Source of the DNA: an uncultured Gammaproteobacteria bacterium
GTDB taxonomy: Bacteria; Patescibacteriota; Microgenomatia; Daviesbacterales; UBA10151
DNA: 5,427 nucleotides
Reading direction: 5' to 3'
Assembly: GCA_964522265.1 (NCBI GenBank)
Contig: CAZFVS010000074.1
Location: 1 to 5,427 of the forward strand
Below are positions 5,331 to 5,427 of the stretch, in pieces. How positions within the stretch are numbered: position 1 is the first letter of the stretch; each line of letters begins with the position of its first letter. The notes beneath the pieces are model-generated. The model ran no database searches, was not told the origin of the DNA, and saw nothing but the letters and a program-made list of their open reading frames with translations. Both the position numbers and the translations under genes were made by a program.

Positions 5331-5427
5331 ATGATGGTTAATAGAAGCAATCCTTCTACGAAAGAGATACTTCAGCTTTTAGGTGTTGGTGCAATAGTTG
5401 TGGCTACTATTGCTGTGCCAGCATTGC
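5331..5427 (+). CDS. Partial CDS (5' end) of a hypothetical membrane-anchored protein; continues past the window edge
   Basis: From ATG 5331 the frame is open for 32 codons to the window end: MMVNRSNPSTKEILQLLGVGAIVVATIAVPAL. This is a short polar head followed by a hydrophobic stretch, typical of an N-terminal transmembrane helix. All three minus-strand frames have stops within 5331-5427, so a minus-strand gene here is unlikely. It is too short for the ORF track. Confidence 0.5.
   Translation, partial: MMVNRSNPSTKEILQLLGVGAIVVATIAVPAL

Noticed and set aside
1-5427. Looked for mobile elements, CRISPR arrays, tRNA or rRNA genes, and integrase or transposase signatures that would mark this as an accessory island.
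   Set aside because: I found no terminal inverted repeats flanking a gene, no regularly spaced repeat-spacer array, no tRNA-like T-arm or cloverleaf segments, and no recombinase-like ORFs. The repeats present are short, local duplications.

Overview
This is a bacterial-type, gene-dense window with six coding regions and no rRNA, tRNA, CRISPR array or transposase that I can see. One gene is confidently identifiable: pyrG (CTP synthase, 3548-5164, +). The left half looks like a + strand operon. It holds the 3' end of an unlisted ORF (1-214) and then two full-length but strongly diverged paralogues of a protein family I do not recognise (222-1514 and 1511-2764). The paralogues are joined by an ATGA stop/start overlap. 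Their first about 13 codons are identical even at synonymous sites, as a 35-nt perfect repeat. An A_AAA_AAG slippery heptamer sits just before the junction, in the register that would fuse the two proteins by a -1 frameshift. A 245-aa protein with a HEIGH (HExxH) motif is encoded convergently (2748-3485, -). It overlaps the 3' end of the second paralogue by 17 nt, across an 11-bp tandem duplication. It is transcribed divergently from pyrG across a 62-bp control region. Downstream of pyrG is a repeat-dense 166-bp intergenic region, followed by the start of a probable membrane protein (5331 to the window edge). Most starts lack a Shine-Dalgarno sequence and the PyrG is divergent. This would fit an uncultivated or reduced-genome bacterium, but taxonomy cannot be established from the sequence alone. 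The paralogue pair is the most likely candidate for something new. All functional ideas about it are inference.
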